NCBI GenBank assembly: GCA_964463285.1
Contig: CAYXBB010000002.1
Coordinates: 3,628 to 67,627, forward strand
Source of the DNA: an uncultured Syntrophomonadaceae bacterium
GTDB taxonomy: Bacteria > Bacillota > Dethiobacteria > DTU022
Length of the DNA stretch: 64,000 nucleotides
Direction: 5' to 3'
The notes below the pieces were generated by a model, which was given only the letters and a program-made list of their open reading frames with translations, was not told the origin of the DNA and did no database searches. A program made the translations under genes and the position numbers. Below, piece after piece: positions 1 through 11,784 of this stretch. The number at the start of each line of letters is the position of its first letter. Position 1 is the stretch's first letter.

Positions 1-261
1 TTTTAGAAAAGCGAATCCCCGGCGGTTGCCCCGTATGGTCCCGGTTAAATACCCGGAATTCCGGCCGGATATGGGATCAACTATAATGCCTTTGGACCAA
101 ATTTGTTCCAACTGCTTCTGTAAAACCAGTTTGTCTTCTCCCGGGATCAGAATAGAATTTAGCAACTGGCTATAGGTGAGCGCCCGTTTTCGGGGTTTGG
201 AAAGCACGCGTATTAACCTGGAGGTTACCGGTGACAAGGTTTTAGTTTTTTTTAAACCCAT
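1..261 (-). CDS. rnr: Ribonuclease R, N-terminal fragment (gene continues beyond window start)
   Basis: ATG at 261 (minus) preceded by HD gene stop; translation MGLKKTKTLSPVTSRLIRVLSKPRKRALTYSQLLNSILIPGEDKLVLQKQLEQIWSKGIIVDPISGRNSGYLTGTIRGNRRGFAFLK has HTH then cold-shock-like G..G..GFAF motif typical of RNase R N-terminus; secG-rnr synteny as in Firmicutes. Confidence 0.5.
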   Translation of the reverse strand, partial: MGLKKTKTLSPVTSRLIRVLSKPRKRALTYSQLLNSILIPGEDKLVLQKQLEQIWSKGIIVDPISGRNSGYLTGTIRGNRRGFAFLK

Positions 262-262
262 A

Positions 263-814
263 TTAAAGCCCTAAATCCCGATCGATACCTTGCATGGCAA
301 CAAGGCTTATATTTATAAATTCCTCCAAAGAAAGCCCCAGTTCCCGGCAACTTTCAATTTGCTCCCGGCTGGCTCCCCGGGCAAAACTTTTTTCTTTAAA
401 GCGGTTTAGAACAAAGTCCACATCGACCGCCGACAGTTTTTTTTGAGGGTGAATCAAAGCCGCCGCCACCAGCAGCCCGGTCACCGGATCCACCGCATAC
501 AGCGCCTTGTCCAGCAAGGTTTTTCTTTCTTCACCCAAGGCCGCATTATGGGCTTTTACCGCCTGCACCAGTTCCGCCGGCAATCCTTTATCTTCCAATA
601 TCTGCGCCCCTATCAACCCGTGTTTTTCCGGCTGATCGGCGGTCTGATCGTAATCCAGATCATGCAACAGGCCGGCCAGGGACCAGAGCGATTCATCCTG
701 ATCAAATCTTCCGGCCAGGCTGGACATTACCGCTTCCGTGGCCAGCATGTGTTTGATCAAATTTTTATTTTTTACCTGGCTTTTTACAAGCGCCAGAGCA
801 CTTTCTCTATCCAC
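263..814 (-). CDS. HD-domain phosphohydrolase (HDIG-like)
   Basis: 183 aa ORF with H..HD (LLHDLDYD) metal-binding signature of HD superfamily. Confidence 0.6.
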   Translation of the reverse strand: MDRESALALVKSQVKNKNLIKHMLATEAVMSSLAGRFDQDESLWSLAGLLHDLDYDQTADQPEKHGLIGAQILEDKGLPAELVQAVKAHNAALGEERKTLLDKALYAVDPVTGLLVAAALIHPQKKLSAVDVDFVLNRFKEKSFARGASREQIESCRELGLSLEEFINISLVAMQGIDRDLGL

Positions 815-1048
815 TGGCTTCCTCCTCTGTAATTTCTCTCACTTATAATAGCCCAAAAGGCCTCTAATAAAACGGAACCGGGCGCCTGAACCGATATTAT
901 TTGCCGCCACTCCGGAACGAACAAATAATCTAGTGCGCAGGAAAATTTAAGATCCCTTGCTATCAATAAAATTGACCGCCAGAGAGGTCCCTGCAGTTCC
1001 CGGCCGGCATTTTTCTCCAGTTAATTGGTGACAGAGAAGTAGTGAAAC

Positions 1049-1312
1049 TTAGCGCAGAACTGTTAACAAGATGCACAAGGACATCCAGGCCACTGCCAGC
1101 CAGGTGGTAAACCGGCTTAACTTATCATCCAGCCCCTTTTTTTTCCCAAACAGAGTCTGCGCTCCCCCGGCGATCGCCCCCAGGCCGGTACTTCGTCCCG
1201 ATTGCAGCAGCACGATGGCGATCAAGCCCAGGCAAACAATAATAAATATTATCTGTAACACAAATACCAACATGGCCTTACCTCCGCAATAGCTGTAAAA
1301 CGATTGTATCAC
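1049..1312 (-). CDS. secG: Preprotein translocase subunit SecG
   Basis: 87 aa, two TM segments and LLQSGRSTGLG..GG glycine-rich SecG signature; downstream of eno as in Firmicutes. Confidence 0.7.
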   Translation of the reverse strand: MIQSFYSYCGGKAMLVFVLQIIFIIVCLGLIAIVLLQSGRSTGLGAIAGGAQTLFGKKKGLDDKLSRFTTWLAVAWMSLCILLTVLR

Positions 1313-1496
1313 AAAACAAACCGATTTGTTACTACCTGCTTAAACCGCTGAAAATTTTTAAATAAGAGCCGAACAGAAGACCACCCGTTAACCGGATAGC
1401 CCTCTCACCCCACACCACTGTACACACCTTGTTTATAAATGCCAAATTTTAATCTTTTTCCTTACCGGCGGCGTTGTCAATGCAATTACCCGTTCT

Positions 1497-2789
<1,293 letters not shown>

Positions 2790-4355
2790 TTATTTATCTG
2801 TTTCGCTCCGACAACTGCAGGCGGTTGATAAAATAAGGTTTCGCCCGGTCATCTGGGGTGGGCAATCAACACCGGCCAGCCCCAGCACGGTGGGGGCGAT
2901 ATCCGCCAGTATCCCCTCCCGATTTAGGATCACCGGTTCCGGGGTCAAAACTATAGCCGGAACCGGGTTGGCGGTATGGGCGGTATGCGGTGACCCTTGA
3001 TCGTCGGTCATCTGTTCTGCATTGCCGTGATCGCCGCAGATCACTGCTCGCCAACCCCGGGAAGAAGCCTCTTCGGCAATCAATCCCACCGAATCATCCA
3101 CCGCCTCCACAGATTTAACTGCCGCAGAAAAATCCCCCGTATGCCCCACCATATCGGCATTGGCAAAATTGGCCACGATAAACGGCAGCTCCCGATTGCG
3201 CAGAGCGGAAACTATCTCCACGGCAACACCCCTGGCACTCATTTCTGGCTGCAAATCGTAGGTTGCCACCTGCGGGGAGGGGATCAGCACTCGCTTTTCT
3301 CCGGGGAAGGGCTCTTCCCGGCCTCCATTTAAAAAAAAGGTGACATGGGCATATTTTTCAGTCTCCGCCACCCTTAGTTGCGGATATCCTAAACTGGATA
3401 CCACTTCCCCCAGGGTCCCCTCCAGGTATTCTGGGGGGAAAGCTATCTTTACCGGCAGAGCCCGGTCATATTCGGTAAGAGTTACATAGCGGGGCCGGGG
3501 AGCCTTCGGACCGCGATTAAAAGCGGTAAATACCTCGTCTGCCAGAGCGTGGGTTATTTGTCGGGCTCGGTCGGGTCGGAAATTGAAACAAATTATGCTG
3601 TCCTGGGAACGGATAGTGCTCAATGGCAAGCCTTCCTCGTCCACTATCACCACCGGGGTAACAAATTCGTCCGTTTCCCCCCGTCCGTAAGCCGCCTCCA
3701 GGGCGGAAAGGGGATGGGTAGCCGTTATGCCTTCTCCGTAAACATAGGCCCGGTAGGTCTTTTCTGTGCGTTCCCAGCGCCGGTCCCGGTCCATGGCATA
3801 ATAACGTCCACAGATGGAGGCTATCACCCCCGGATTGTTGGGTTCAATACTGTGCCGGTAAAGTTGTTCCAAAAAAGGCCGGGCACTGGCCGGCGGGGTA
3901 TCCCGGCCGTCTAATATGGCATGGATATATACCCGGGCCAGCCCTTCCTGTTGGGCCATTTTGAGCAGGGCCAGCAGGTGGGTAAAATGGCTGTGTACCC
4001 CTCCGTTGGAGACCAGGCCGATCAGGTGAAGAGCGCTACCGGATTTTCGCGCCTCGACCATGGTTTCGATCAATATCCGGTTTTGAAAGAACTGTCCGTT
4101 TCGAATAGATTGTGAAATACGGGTTAAATCCTGGTAGACAATCCGTCCGGCACCTATATTCAAATGCCCCACTTCCGAATTTCCCATCTGGCCGGAAGGC
4201 AGGCCCACCGCCTCCCCGGAAGCCTGTATTACAGCCCAGGGGAACTGCTTGCACAGGCGATCCATGCAGGGAGTGGAAGCCCGGGCTATGGCGTTGCCCG
4301 GTAATTTTTGACTGTACCCCCAACCGTCAAGTATTAACAGCAGGACCGGGTTCAA
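2790..4355 (-). CDS. gpmI: 2,3-bisphosphoglycerate-independent phosphoglycerate mutase
   Basis: 521 aa, MNPVLLLILDGWGYS N-terminus and length typical of iPGM. Confidence 0.9.
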   Translation of the reverse strand: MNPVLLLILDGWGYSQKLPGNAIARASTPCMDRLCKQFPWAVIQASGEAVGLPSGQMGNSEVGHLNIGAGRIVYQDLTRISQSIRNGQFFQNRILIETMVEARKSGSALHLIGLVSNGGVHSHFTHLLALLKMAQQEGLARVYIHAILDGRDTPPASARPFLEQLYRHSIEPNNPGVIASICGRYYAMDRDRRWERTEKTYRAYVYGEGITATHPLSALEAAYGRGETDEFVTPVVIVDEEGLPLSTIRSQDSIICFNFRPDRARQITHALADEVFTAFNRGPKAPRPRYVTLTEYDRALPVKIAFPPEYLEGTLGEVVSSLGYPQLRVAETEKYAHVTFFLNGGREEPFPGEKRVLIPSPQVATYDLQPEMSARGVAVEIVSALRNRELPFIVANFANADMVGHTGDFSAAVKSVEAVDDSVGLIAEEASSRGWRAVICGDHGNAEQMTDDQGSPHTAHTANPVPAIVLTPEPVILNREGILADIAPTVLGLAGVDCPPQMTGRNLILSTACSCRSETDK

Positions 4356-5119
4356 CAGGCCGCCTCCCTGGCAGCTTTAATCAATGCTAGAAATGTATCG
4401 GGTTGTAAACTGGCCCCTCCTACCAGGGCGCCGTTAATCACCGGCAGGGATACAAATTCGGAGATATTTCTTTCGTTTACACTGCCTCCGTATTGAACCT
4501 GCAGTCGTTGCAAGATTTCCGGGGCCAGGGCCTCCGCGGCAATTTCCCGGATCAGCTGTGCCGCCTGCCCGGCATCGTCGGCAGAAGCAGCCACTCCGGT
4601 ACCGATAGCCCATACCGGCTCATAGGCAATAATAAGACGCTTTATCTTCCCCAAGGCAACCCCCTTTAAAGCCTCTTCCACCTGGCTGCGGAGCACCTGT
4701 TCCGTAGCCCCTTCCCGGCGTTCCAGGGCGGTCTCTCCCACGCACAGCACCGGGATCAGCCGGTGTTCCAACGCCGCCAACATTTTTTTATTAACTGCCG
4801 GGTTGTCCTCCCCCAGAATATGGCGGCGTTCAGAATGGCCGATAATTACATGGCTAACCCCCAGTTCCGACAGCATGGTCGCCGAGATCTCTCCGGTAAA
4901 AGCTCCGGAGGCAGCCCAGTGCATGTTTTGCGCTCCCAATTTAACCGGACTGCCGGAAAGCCCTTGCCGTACCGTCAACAGAGCGGTAAATGGAGGGCAG
5001 ATTAGGGTCTCCACATCCTCCATCAAACAGTCTCCGGCTTCTACCAGGCGGCGGCAAAAATCCGCAGCCTCCTCCATAGTTTTGTGCATCTTCCAGTTGG
5101 CGGCAATGATCAGTCCCAC
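4352..5119 (-). CDS. tpiA: Triosephosphate isomerase
   Basis: 255 aa, IAANWKMHKT motif, IGHSERR catalytic motif. Confidence 0.92.
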   Translation of the reverse strand: MGLIIAANWKMHKTMEEAADFCRRLVEAGDCLMEDVETLICPPFTALLTVRQGLSGSPVKLGAQNMHWAASGAFTGEISATMLSELGVSHVIIGHSERRHILGEDNPAVNKKMLAALEHRLIPVLCVGETALERREGATEQVLRSQVEEALKGVALGKIKRLIIAYEPVWAIGTGVAASADDAGQAAQLIREIAAEALAPEILQRLQVQYGGSVNERNISEFVSLPVINGALVGGASLQPDTFLALIKAAREAAC

Positions 5120-5132
5120 CGGTTGATCCCCC

Positions 5133-6350
5133 CTAATTCCGTTCTTTTAACACTGCAATCCCCGGCAACTCTTTACCCTCCCAAAATTCCAGGGTGGCCC
5201 CGCCGCCAGTAGAGATAAAATCAATCTCCCCGGTCAGACCGAACTTATCTAAAGCCGCTACAATATCTCCCCCACCTACTACTGAGTAAGCCCTACTGCC
5301 GGCGATCGCCCGGGCCACCTTTTCAGTGCCCCGGTGAAAGGGGGTGATTTCAAATACCCCCAGCGGCCCATTCCAGATCACCATTCCGGCTCCATAAATT
5401 ATTGAAGCATACTCTTCCGCGGTAGCCGGGCCTATGTCTAGTGCTTTCCATTTTAAAGGAACTGTTCCCGGAGGTACAGAAATCACCCGGGGAGGGTTTT
5501 CCGGCTGCAGATCCCCAGCCACCACCAGATCTATCGGCAACAACAGGCGACAACGGCTGTGGCGGCTACGCTCCCAAAGTTCCCGGGCTATCCCCGCCAG
5601 ATCGGGTTCAAACAGCGAGTCCGCCAGCTCGTTGCCGAGGGCCGCCAAAAAAGTATTGGCCATCCCTCCCCCAGTTAACAGGTAATCGGCCATGGTTAAA
5701 AATTGCCTTATAACCCCCAGCTTGTCCGATATTTTGGCTCCTCCCAATACTACCACCAGTGGGCGGCCGGGGTTTGCCAGACATCGTCCAAGGGTTTTTA
5801 TTTCTTTTTCCATCAGTAATCCCGCCACTGCCGGTATATAATCAGCAACCCCGGCAGTAGAAGCATGCGCCCGATGAGCGGTGCCAAAAGCATCATTAAC
5901 AAATATATCCGCCGGCTCCGCCAGCTGCCGGGAAAATTCCGGGCTATTTTCTTCCTCACCCGGCTCAAATCGCAGGTTTTCAAGAAGGAGCACGCTGCCC
6001 GGCTCGGAGGTAGAGACCGCTTCCCGAACCGATGGGCCGGTTACCTGATCCAAATCGATAACCGGCCGGCCCAACAGCGCCTCCAGACGGCGAGCTACCG
6101 GATGCAGCCTCAACTCCGGTACCACCATCCCCCGGGGGCGGCCCAAATGAGAAGCAATTATTACCTGGCGCACCCCCTGTGCCAGTAAGTAGCGGATAGT
6201 AGGTAGCGCCGCCCGGATGCGGGTATCATCGGTCACTTTCCCCTCCCTCAGGGGAACATTAAAATCAACCCGTAGCAGGATCCGCTTTCCGGAAAGGCAA
6301 ACCTGTTCTACACTTAACTTGTTAAAATTCACCGGTATCACCAAACCCAA
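5133..6350 (-). CDS. pgk: Phosphoglycerate kinase
   Basis: 405 aa, KRILLRVDFNVPL N-terminal PGK signature; start may be at an internal Met. Confidence 0.9.
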   Translation of the reverse strand: MGLVIPVNFNKLSVEQVCLSGKRILLRVDFNVPLREGKVTDDTRIRAALPTIRYLLAQGVRQVIIASHLGRPRGMVVPELRLHPVARRLEALLGRPVIDLDQVTGPSVREAVSTSEPGSVLLLENLRFEPGEEENSPEFSRQLAEPADIFVNDAFGTAHRAHASTAGVADYIPAVAGLLMEKEIKTLGRCLANPGRPLVVVLGGAKISDKLGVIRQFLTMADYLLTGGGMANTFLAALGNELADSLFEPDLAGIARELWERSRHSRCRLLLPIDLVVAGDLQPENPPRVISVPPGTVPLKWKALDIGPATAEEYASIIYGAGMVIWNGPLGVFEITPFHRGTEKVARAIAGSRAYSVVGGGDIVAALDKFGLTGEIDFISTGGGATLEFWEGKELPGIAVLKERN

Positions 6351-6473
6351 TGTACCAAAAGATTTTTATACTTTAACCCGGCTCTATTTTACCACAAAAC
6401 CCTATTTTTACCCGAAAGCCGCTCAAAAAAACCACCTCGAAGGTGGTTTAACAACAAATCCAGCCGGGGAAGG

Positions 6474-7868
6474 CTAAATCCGGCGCCGTTTATAAGAGGG
6501 GGGAATACCGATCTCCTCCCGGTATTTAGCTATCGTGCGGCGTGAAATAATAATCCCATTCTCTTTTAATCTGCCGACCATCTGCTGATCACTAAGCGGT
6601 TTTAACGGGTTTTCCCGTTCAATCATCTCTTTTAAATAATTCTTAATACTGTGGGACGAATAATCTTTCCCTCTGTCGCCGGAAACTCCGCTGGAAAAGA
6701 AAAATTTCAGCGGGAAAAGCCCCCGGGGGGTTTGAATATACTTGTTGGAGGTAGCCCGGCTAACCGTAGATTCATGGATCCCCAGCCTCTGGGCAACCTC
6801 TCTCAAGGTAAGCGGTTTAAGATGCTTAATTCCCTGATCCAGGAATTCTCGCTGGAATTCGACAATCTGCGAAGTTACCCGGTAAAGGGTCAGTCTGCGC
6901 TGTTCAATGCTTCGGATAAGCCACAGGGCGCTCTCCATCTTGCCTTTAACAAAGCTGACCAACTGCTCATCGTCGGTCCCGGTGCGCAATAGCCGTTGAT
7001 AAAAAGGACTGATGGTCAGGCTGGGGGTACCGCCGTCACTGGCAGTAATTATATATTCTTCACCCACCTTTTCCACCATTAAATCAGGGGTAATATAACG
7101 GGTTTCCTCTCCTTCCCCGTAAATGTTTCCCGGTTTGGGATTAAGGTGATTGCGGATAAAATCGATGGCCACTTGAACCTGTTCCGGCTCGCAGCCCAGC
7201 CGGGAAGATATGTAGCGATAACGGCTGTCGGCAACCGCCGGAAGGTAATTGGTTATTATCTCTTCCACCAGGGGAGGAGGAGATAAGAGAATCCGGTGCA
7301 GCTGTAGCAACAGACATTCCCGGATGTTTCGCCCCCCTATTCCCGGAGGTTCCAGGCCTTGCAAGATATCTAGACCGGCGGTCAGTTCCTTTTCCGTAGC
7401 CCCTATGGAGAAGGCCAGTTCAGCCAGATCACCCCGCAAATAACCGTTGCTGTCAAGATTCCCCACCAAATAGGAGGTAATATTATATTCTTCCCGGGAA
7501 AGCGGCATCAGGTGGAGTTGCTCCATTAGATCACCCTGCAAGGTTTTCCCTTCTCGGGCATAGTTATCAATAGACGGAGGATCCTCTTTGGGGTAAAACG
7601 AGGCAAAACTATTATCAAGGTTGCTATCCCGAAGATATTCCTCCCAGGGAAAATCGTCTGCCTCCGTTTTATCCGGGGTGGTAATATCCTCTTCCTCTTT
7701 TTCCCCGTTCTCCTGGATCTCCAGCACCGGGTTCTCCAGCAACTCTCGCTGCACATATTCTTGAAGTTCTATCCGGGAATACTGCAACATGGAGATAGCC
7801 ATCTTCAGTTGTGGGGTCATGATTAGCTTTTGGGTTTGTTCCAGTTTCAAATGAAAATCTAATCTCAA
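6474..7868 (-). CDS. rpoN: RNA polymerase sigma-54 factor
   Basis: 464 aa, N-terminal region LKLEQTQKLIMTPQLKMAISMLQ and C-terminal RpoN box ARRTIAKYRE. Confidence 0.9.
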   Translation of the reverse strand: MRLDFHLKLEQTQKLIMTPQLKMAISMLQYSRIELQEYVQRELLENPVLEIQENGEKEEEDITTPDKTEADDFPWEEYLRDSNLDNSFASFYPKEDPPSIDNYAREGKTLQGDLMEQLHLMPLSREEYNITSYLVGNLDSNGYLRGDLAELAFSIGATEKELTAGLDILQGLEPPGIGGRNIRECLLLQLHRILLSPPPLVEEIITNYLPAVADSRYRYISSRLGCEPEQVQVAIDFIRNHLNPKPGNIYGEGEETRYITPDLMVEKVGEEYIITASDGGTPSLTISPFYQRLLRTGTDDEQLVSFVKGKMESALWLIRSIEQRRLTLYRVTSQIVEFQREFLDQGIKHLKPLTLREVAQRLGIHESTVSRATSNKYIQTPRGLFPLKFFFSSGVSGDRGKDYSSHSIKNYLKEMIERENPLKPLSDQQMVGRLKENGIIISRRTIAKYREEIGIPPSYKRRRI

Positions 7869-7967
7869 GCCTCTTCACCCCCCTTACCAGTATTATATTT
7901 CGACGAATAACATAATACTCCTGCTATTTTTGCAAACAAGTCTGACAGATTGCTTTTAAGGGCAGAT

Positions 7968-8918
7968 TTATGAGGGGATGGTCTTTCGGGCCAGGCGAGC
8001 CAGCTGCCGGAAACGGTGATTCATTCCCGACTTTCCCAGGGGCGGGTTGAGCATCTCTCCCAGCTCTTTTAAGGAGGCCTCCGGGTGTCTTTTCCGTAAG
8101 CAGGCTGCTTCCCGCAAGTAGGGAGGCAGGTTGGGTATACCGATTGACCGTTCTATTTTGGCAATGGTCTCTATCTGCTCCCGTGAAGAGGTCACTATTT
8201 TGTCAAGGTTGGCGGTATCACAGTTTACCAACCGGTTAATCCGGTTGCGCATGTCTTTAATAATCCGAATGTTTTCCAGTTCCAGCAAGGCATTATGGGC
8301 GCCGATCACCCGTAAAAATTCGGCAATCATCTCCCCGTGTTTTAAATATACATAATGGGCCTGCCGGCGTTCACGGATAAAGGCCCTGACTTCAAACCTT
8401 TGCAGAAGCTGTTGTATCAAAAAAGTGTCCTCCCGATAACCACAACTAATTTCCAGGTGGTAACCGGAAGGTGATATGCTCAGAGAGCCGCCGGCCAAAA
8501 ATGATCCCCTTAAGAAGGCCCGCTGACAGCAGCGTTTTTTTATCTCCCGGTGGGCTTTCCGGGAAAGACTGGGCTGTCCTTGAACAGTACAAAAGCCGAG
8601 GTAGCCCAGCAGTTCATCCACCGCCTCCTTGCCTTTAATCTGAACCAGGTAGTTAACCTTGCCCAGACGTCGACCCTGTTGCTTGATTACCTGGGGAGAG
8701 TTGAATCCGGCTCCTTTAATAAGTTGAAATAAATAACGGGCCAGAAAACTGTAACCGACTGCTATTTCCAGGTGGCGGTGCCCATCACTCAGGACCAGAA
8801 AACCCCGTAGCAGAACCAGGGCAACAAGCTCGCTGCGCCGGCAGCAGCGGGGATATTCCGGGTGCATGATTAATTCCTGATCGATCTCACGGGTAAAAGT
8901 CATGGAAACCTCCTGCAA
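7968..8918 (-). CDS. whiA: Sporulation/cell-division DNA-binding regulator WhiA
   Basis: 316 aa, conserved CCRRSELVAL near N-terminus, C-terminal HTH; probable true start at internal Met (about 8903). Confidence 0.85.
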   Translation of the reverse strand: MQEVSMTFTREIDQELIMHPEYPRCCRRSELVALVLLRGFLVLSDGHRHLEIAVGYSFLARYLFQLIKGAGFNSPQVIKQQGRRLGKVNYLVQIKGKEAVDELLGYLGFCTVQGQPSLSRKAHREIKKRCCQRAFLRGSFLAGGSLSISPSGYHLEISCGYREDTFLIQQLLQRFEVRAFIRERRQAHYVYLKHGEMIAEFLRVIGAHNALLELENIRIIKDMRNRINRLVNCDTANLDKIVTSSREQIETIAKIERSIGIPNLPPYLREAACLRKRHPEASLKELGEMLNPPLGKSGMNHRFRQLARLARKTIPS

Positions 8919-8960
8919 CTTTGCCGGTTGTATTACCTCCGGGAAGCCACATTTTACGCA

Positions 8961-9836
8961 TTACACCTTGTTAATGTCGCGGTGCTCAATGCTTACTGAA
9001 TACTGGTCCTCAAGAAAACGCCCCAGATCATTGGCAATAACTACTGAACGGTGCCGCCCCCCGGTGCATCCTATGGCCACCACCAGGCTGCTTTTCCCCT
9101 CCCGCACATAGTAAGGGATAGTAAATTTCAGCAGATCACGAAGCTTTTGATAATACTTGTGGCTAACCGACCAGCGGTAAATATATTCACTTATCAGCGG
9201 GTCATCGCCTTTCAAATATTTCAGGTGTTCCACGTAAAAAGGGTTGGGCAAGAATCGCACATCAAATACCAGATCTGCTTCCAGGGGAAGGCCGTATTTA
9301 AATCCGAAAGAAACCAGCTGAATCAACATTTTACGATCTCTAAGCTCGGGTTCGGCATAAACCAGGGCAATTTTTTCTTTCAGCTCAGCCGGCGATAACT
9401 GCGAGGTGTTGATAATATAGTCCGCCCTTCCCCTTAGACCGCTTAGCATTTTTTTTTCCTTGTGCAACAGCTCGCTAAGAGTCCCCCCGGAAAAAGGGTG
9501 ACGCCGGCGGGTCTCCTTGAAACGGCGGATCAGAATCTCTTGCTCGGCTTCCAGAAATAGGATCTCATAGTTGACCCCGGTTCCTTCCAACTCATCAAGG
9601 ACCTCAAACAAATCCTCAAAAAAAGCCCCACCCCGGATGTCACAGACCAAGGCCACCTTGTTGATTTTACCTTCGGAATGGGTACAGAATTCGGCAAACT
9701 TGGGGATAAAAGTGGGCGGCAAATTGTCCACACAAAAATACCCCAAATCTTCAAAGCAGTTAACCGCATTGCTTTTGCCCGCACCCGAAAGCCCGGTAAT
9801 TAGCACCAGCTTTAGAGGTTGTTCAAACCCGGTCAA
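8961..9836 (-). CDS. rapZ: RNase adapter / nucleotide-binding protein RapZ (YvcJ)
   Basis: 291 aa, P-loop LVLITGLSGAGKS, length and motifs of RapZ. Confidence 0.85.
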   Translation of the reverse strand: MTGFEQPLKLVLITGLSGAGKSNAVNCFEDLGYFCVDNLPPTFIPKFAEFCTHSEGKINKVALVCDIRGGAFFEDLFEVLDELEGTGVNYEILFLEAEQEILIRRFKETRRRHPFSGGTLSELLHKEKKMLSGLRGRADYIINTSQLSPAELKEKIALVYAEPELRDRKMLIQLVSFGFKYGLPLEADLVFDVRFLPNPFYVEHLKYLKGDDPLISEYIYRWSVSHKYYQKLRDLLKFTIPYYVREGKSSLVVAIGCTGGRHRSVVIANDLGRFLEDQYSVSIEHRDINKV

Positions 9837-9897
9837 TCAGATCACCCCTTTCAGTTCCGATGGTACCCCTGGCGCACTGCAGTTAACAGCCCGGCCT

Positions 9898-11784
9898 TTA
9901 TCCCCCGCCGTGTAAGAAATCATAAACCCGGGTAGCCAGTTGTTCGCTAAACCCCGGTACCAATTTAATCTCCTCCAGGGAAGACTGCCGCAACTTGTCT
10001 ACGCTTCCAAAATAGCCGAGAAGGGTTATCCTTCGTTTGGGCCCGATACCCGGGATGTCCTCCAACCGGGAGTGCCGGCTCCGGGCCAGGCGACGGCGCT
10101 GGTGGTAAGCCAGGGCAAACCGGTGAGCCTCGTCCCGGATCCTCTGCAGCAACTGCAGCAGCTGCGAATGGGCCGGCAAAATAATCGGAGAGGCGGCTCC
10201 TTCCAAAAAAATATGTTCCGGGCCTTCGGCCAACGCCAGCAAGGGGAGTTCGAATTTCCCTGCCAGGTTTAGGGCCCGCCGAGCAGCGGTCAGCTGGCCT
10301 TTACCGCCATCAATCAATATCAAATCCGGTTCCGGCCAATCCTGACGGGGAAGGCGACGCTGCAGCACCTCCTGTATAGCGGCGTAATCATCACCGGGAG
10401 GTGTTTCGCGCAACAAGAACCGCCGGTAATTGTCGGTGCAGGGTAGAGCCTGTTCAAATACCACCATCACCCCCACCGTCTCCTCTCCCCGTAAATGGGA
10501 GATATCATAACCTTCAATTCGCTGAGGCACCTGCTTCAACCCCACCAGTCTTGACAGTTCCAGCAAGGGTTCCTCCTCTCGCCTCCGGGAGCGCAGGGCT
10601 TGTTCCTGCAAGGCCAGGCGGCCATTCCGGCCGGCCAGTTCCAGCAGGTCTTTCCGTTTCCCCCGGCGGGGGACCTTTAAAAAAACCTTGCCCTTCTTTT
10701 TTCGGCTTTGTAACCACTGCTGCAACAGTTCCGCCTCCTCGGGCAGGCAGGGAACGATAATTTCTACCGGTAAGCTCTCCACCCGACTGTAATAGGTTTT
10801 TATAAAGCCGGTTAGAATTTCCCGGTCTTCAAGGCCGACAGTTCCGGTTAGAGGAAAATGTTCCTGGCTTAACAGCTTGCCTTCCCTAATTTTAAACAGG
10901 TGAATTGCCGCTCGCTGTTCCTGCCTGACCAGGGCCAGCACATCCTGATCTAAACCCCTCGGTGTCAGCACTTTTTGTTCCTGGGTCACTACCTCCTTAA
11001 GCGCCAACAGCTGGTCCCGCAGCCGGGCCGCCTGTTCAAAGGCCTGTTGTTTTGAAGCCTCCTCCATTCGCCGGGTAAGATCGTTTTCCAGAGAGCGGAT
11101 CCTCCCTTCCAGGAATAGCACTGCCTGCTCCACCATCTGCCGGTATTCCTTGAAAGGAACCTGATCTTTCCCCCGACAGGGTGCCAGGCAGCGGTTCATC
11201 TGGTAGTTCAGGCAGGGACGCTTGGTAGAAGGATCCCCGGTAAGGGCCTGCCGACACCGTTTTAATGGGAAAATCCTGCTCAACAGATGCAGGGTATCGC
11301 GAACCGCCCCGGCCCTGGTAAAGGGTCCAAACCAGCGCTCTTTACCGGTGGTGGGACCGTAGTTTTTCTTTTGGGAAAGGCGCAGCATCTCCAGGCGTGG
11401 GTAGGGCTCTGCCGTAAGCAACAGATAGGGATAATCTTTGTCATCTTTTAAGTTTACGTTGTACCGCGGGCGATGTTTTTTGATCAGGTTGCACTCCAGC
11501 ACCAACGCTTCCGCCTCGGTGTCGGTTACCATATATTCAATATCGGTCATGTGGGATTGTAGCACTTGAATCCGCGGAGGCAGGCCCGCCTTGGCCAGAT
11601 AATACCGCACCCGCTGTCTGAGTGCTTTGGCCTTGCCCACATAGATAATCTGTTGCCGGGCATCCTTGATCAGGTATACCCCCGGAGAGCCCGGAAATCG
11701 CTTTACCTTTTCTTCCAGCTCTTCCAATACCTCGGCCATACCCGTCTCCTCTGTGTTAACCTTTTTCTTTTCCGGAGCCGGCAA
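9898..11784 (-). CDS. uvrC: Excinuclease ABC subunit C
   Basis: GIY-YIG motif (GVYLIKD..IIYVGKA..YY), UvrBC-interacting and C-terminal HhH; start probably internal Met near 11739 to avoid overlap with uvrA. Confidence 0.9.
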   Translation of the reverse strand: MPAPEKKKVNTEETGMAEVLEELEEKVKRFPGSPGVYLIKDARQQIIYVGKAKALRQRVRYYLAKAGLPPRIQVLQSHMTDIEYMVTDTEAEALVLECNLIKKHRPRYNVNLKDDKDYPYLLLTAEPYPRLEMLRLSQKKNYGPTTGKERWFGPFTRAGAVRDTLHLLSRIFPLKRCRQALTGDPSTKRPCLNYQMNRCLAPCRGKDQVPFKEYRQMVEQAVLFLEGRIRSLENDLTRRMEEASKQQAFEQAARLRDQLLALKEVVTQEQKVLTPRGLDQDVLALVRQEQRAAIHLFKIREGKLLSQEHFPLTGTVGLEDREILTGFIKTYYSRVESLPVEIIVPCLPEEAELLQQWLQSRKKKGKVFLKVPRRGKRKDLLELAGRNGRLALQEQALRSRRREEEPLLELSRLVGLKQVPQRIEGYDISHLRGEETVGVMVVFEQALPCTDNYRRFLLRETPPGDDYAAIQEVLQRRLPRQDWPEPDLILIDGGKGQLTAARRALNLAGKFELPLLALAEGPEHIFLEGAASPIILPAHSQLLQLLQRIRDEAHRFALAYHQRRRLARSRHSRLEDIPGIGPKRRITLLGYFGSVDKLRQSSLEEIKLVPGFSEQLATRVYDFLHGGG

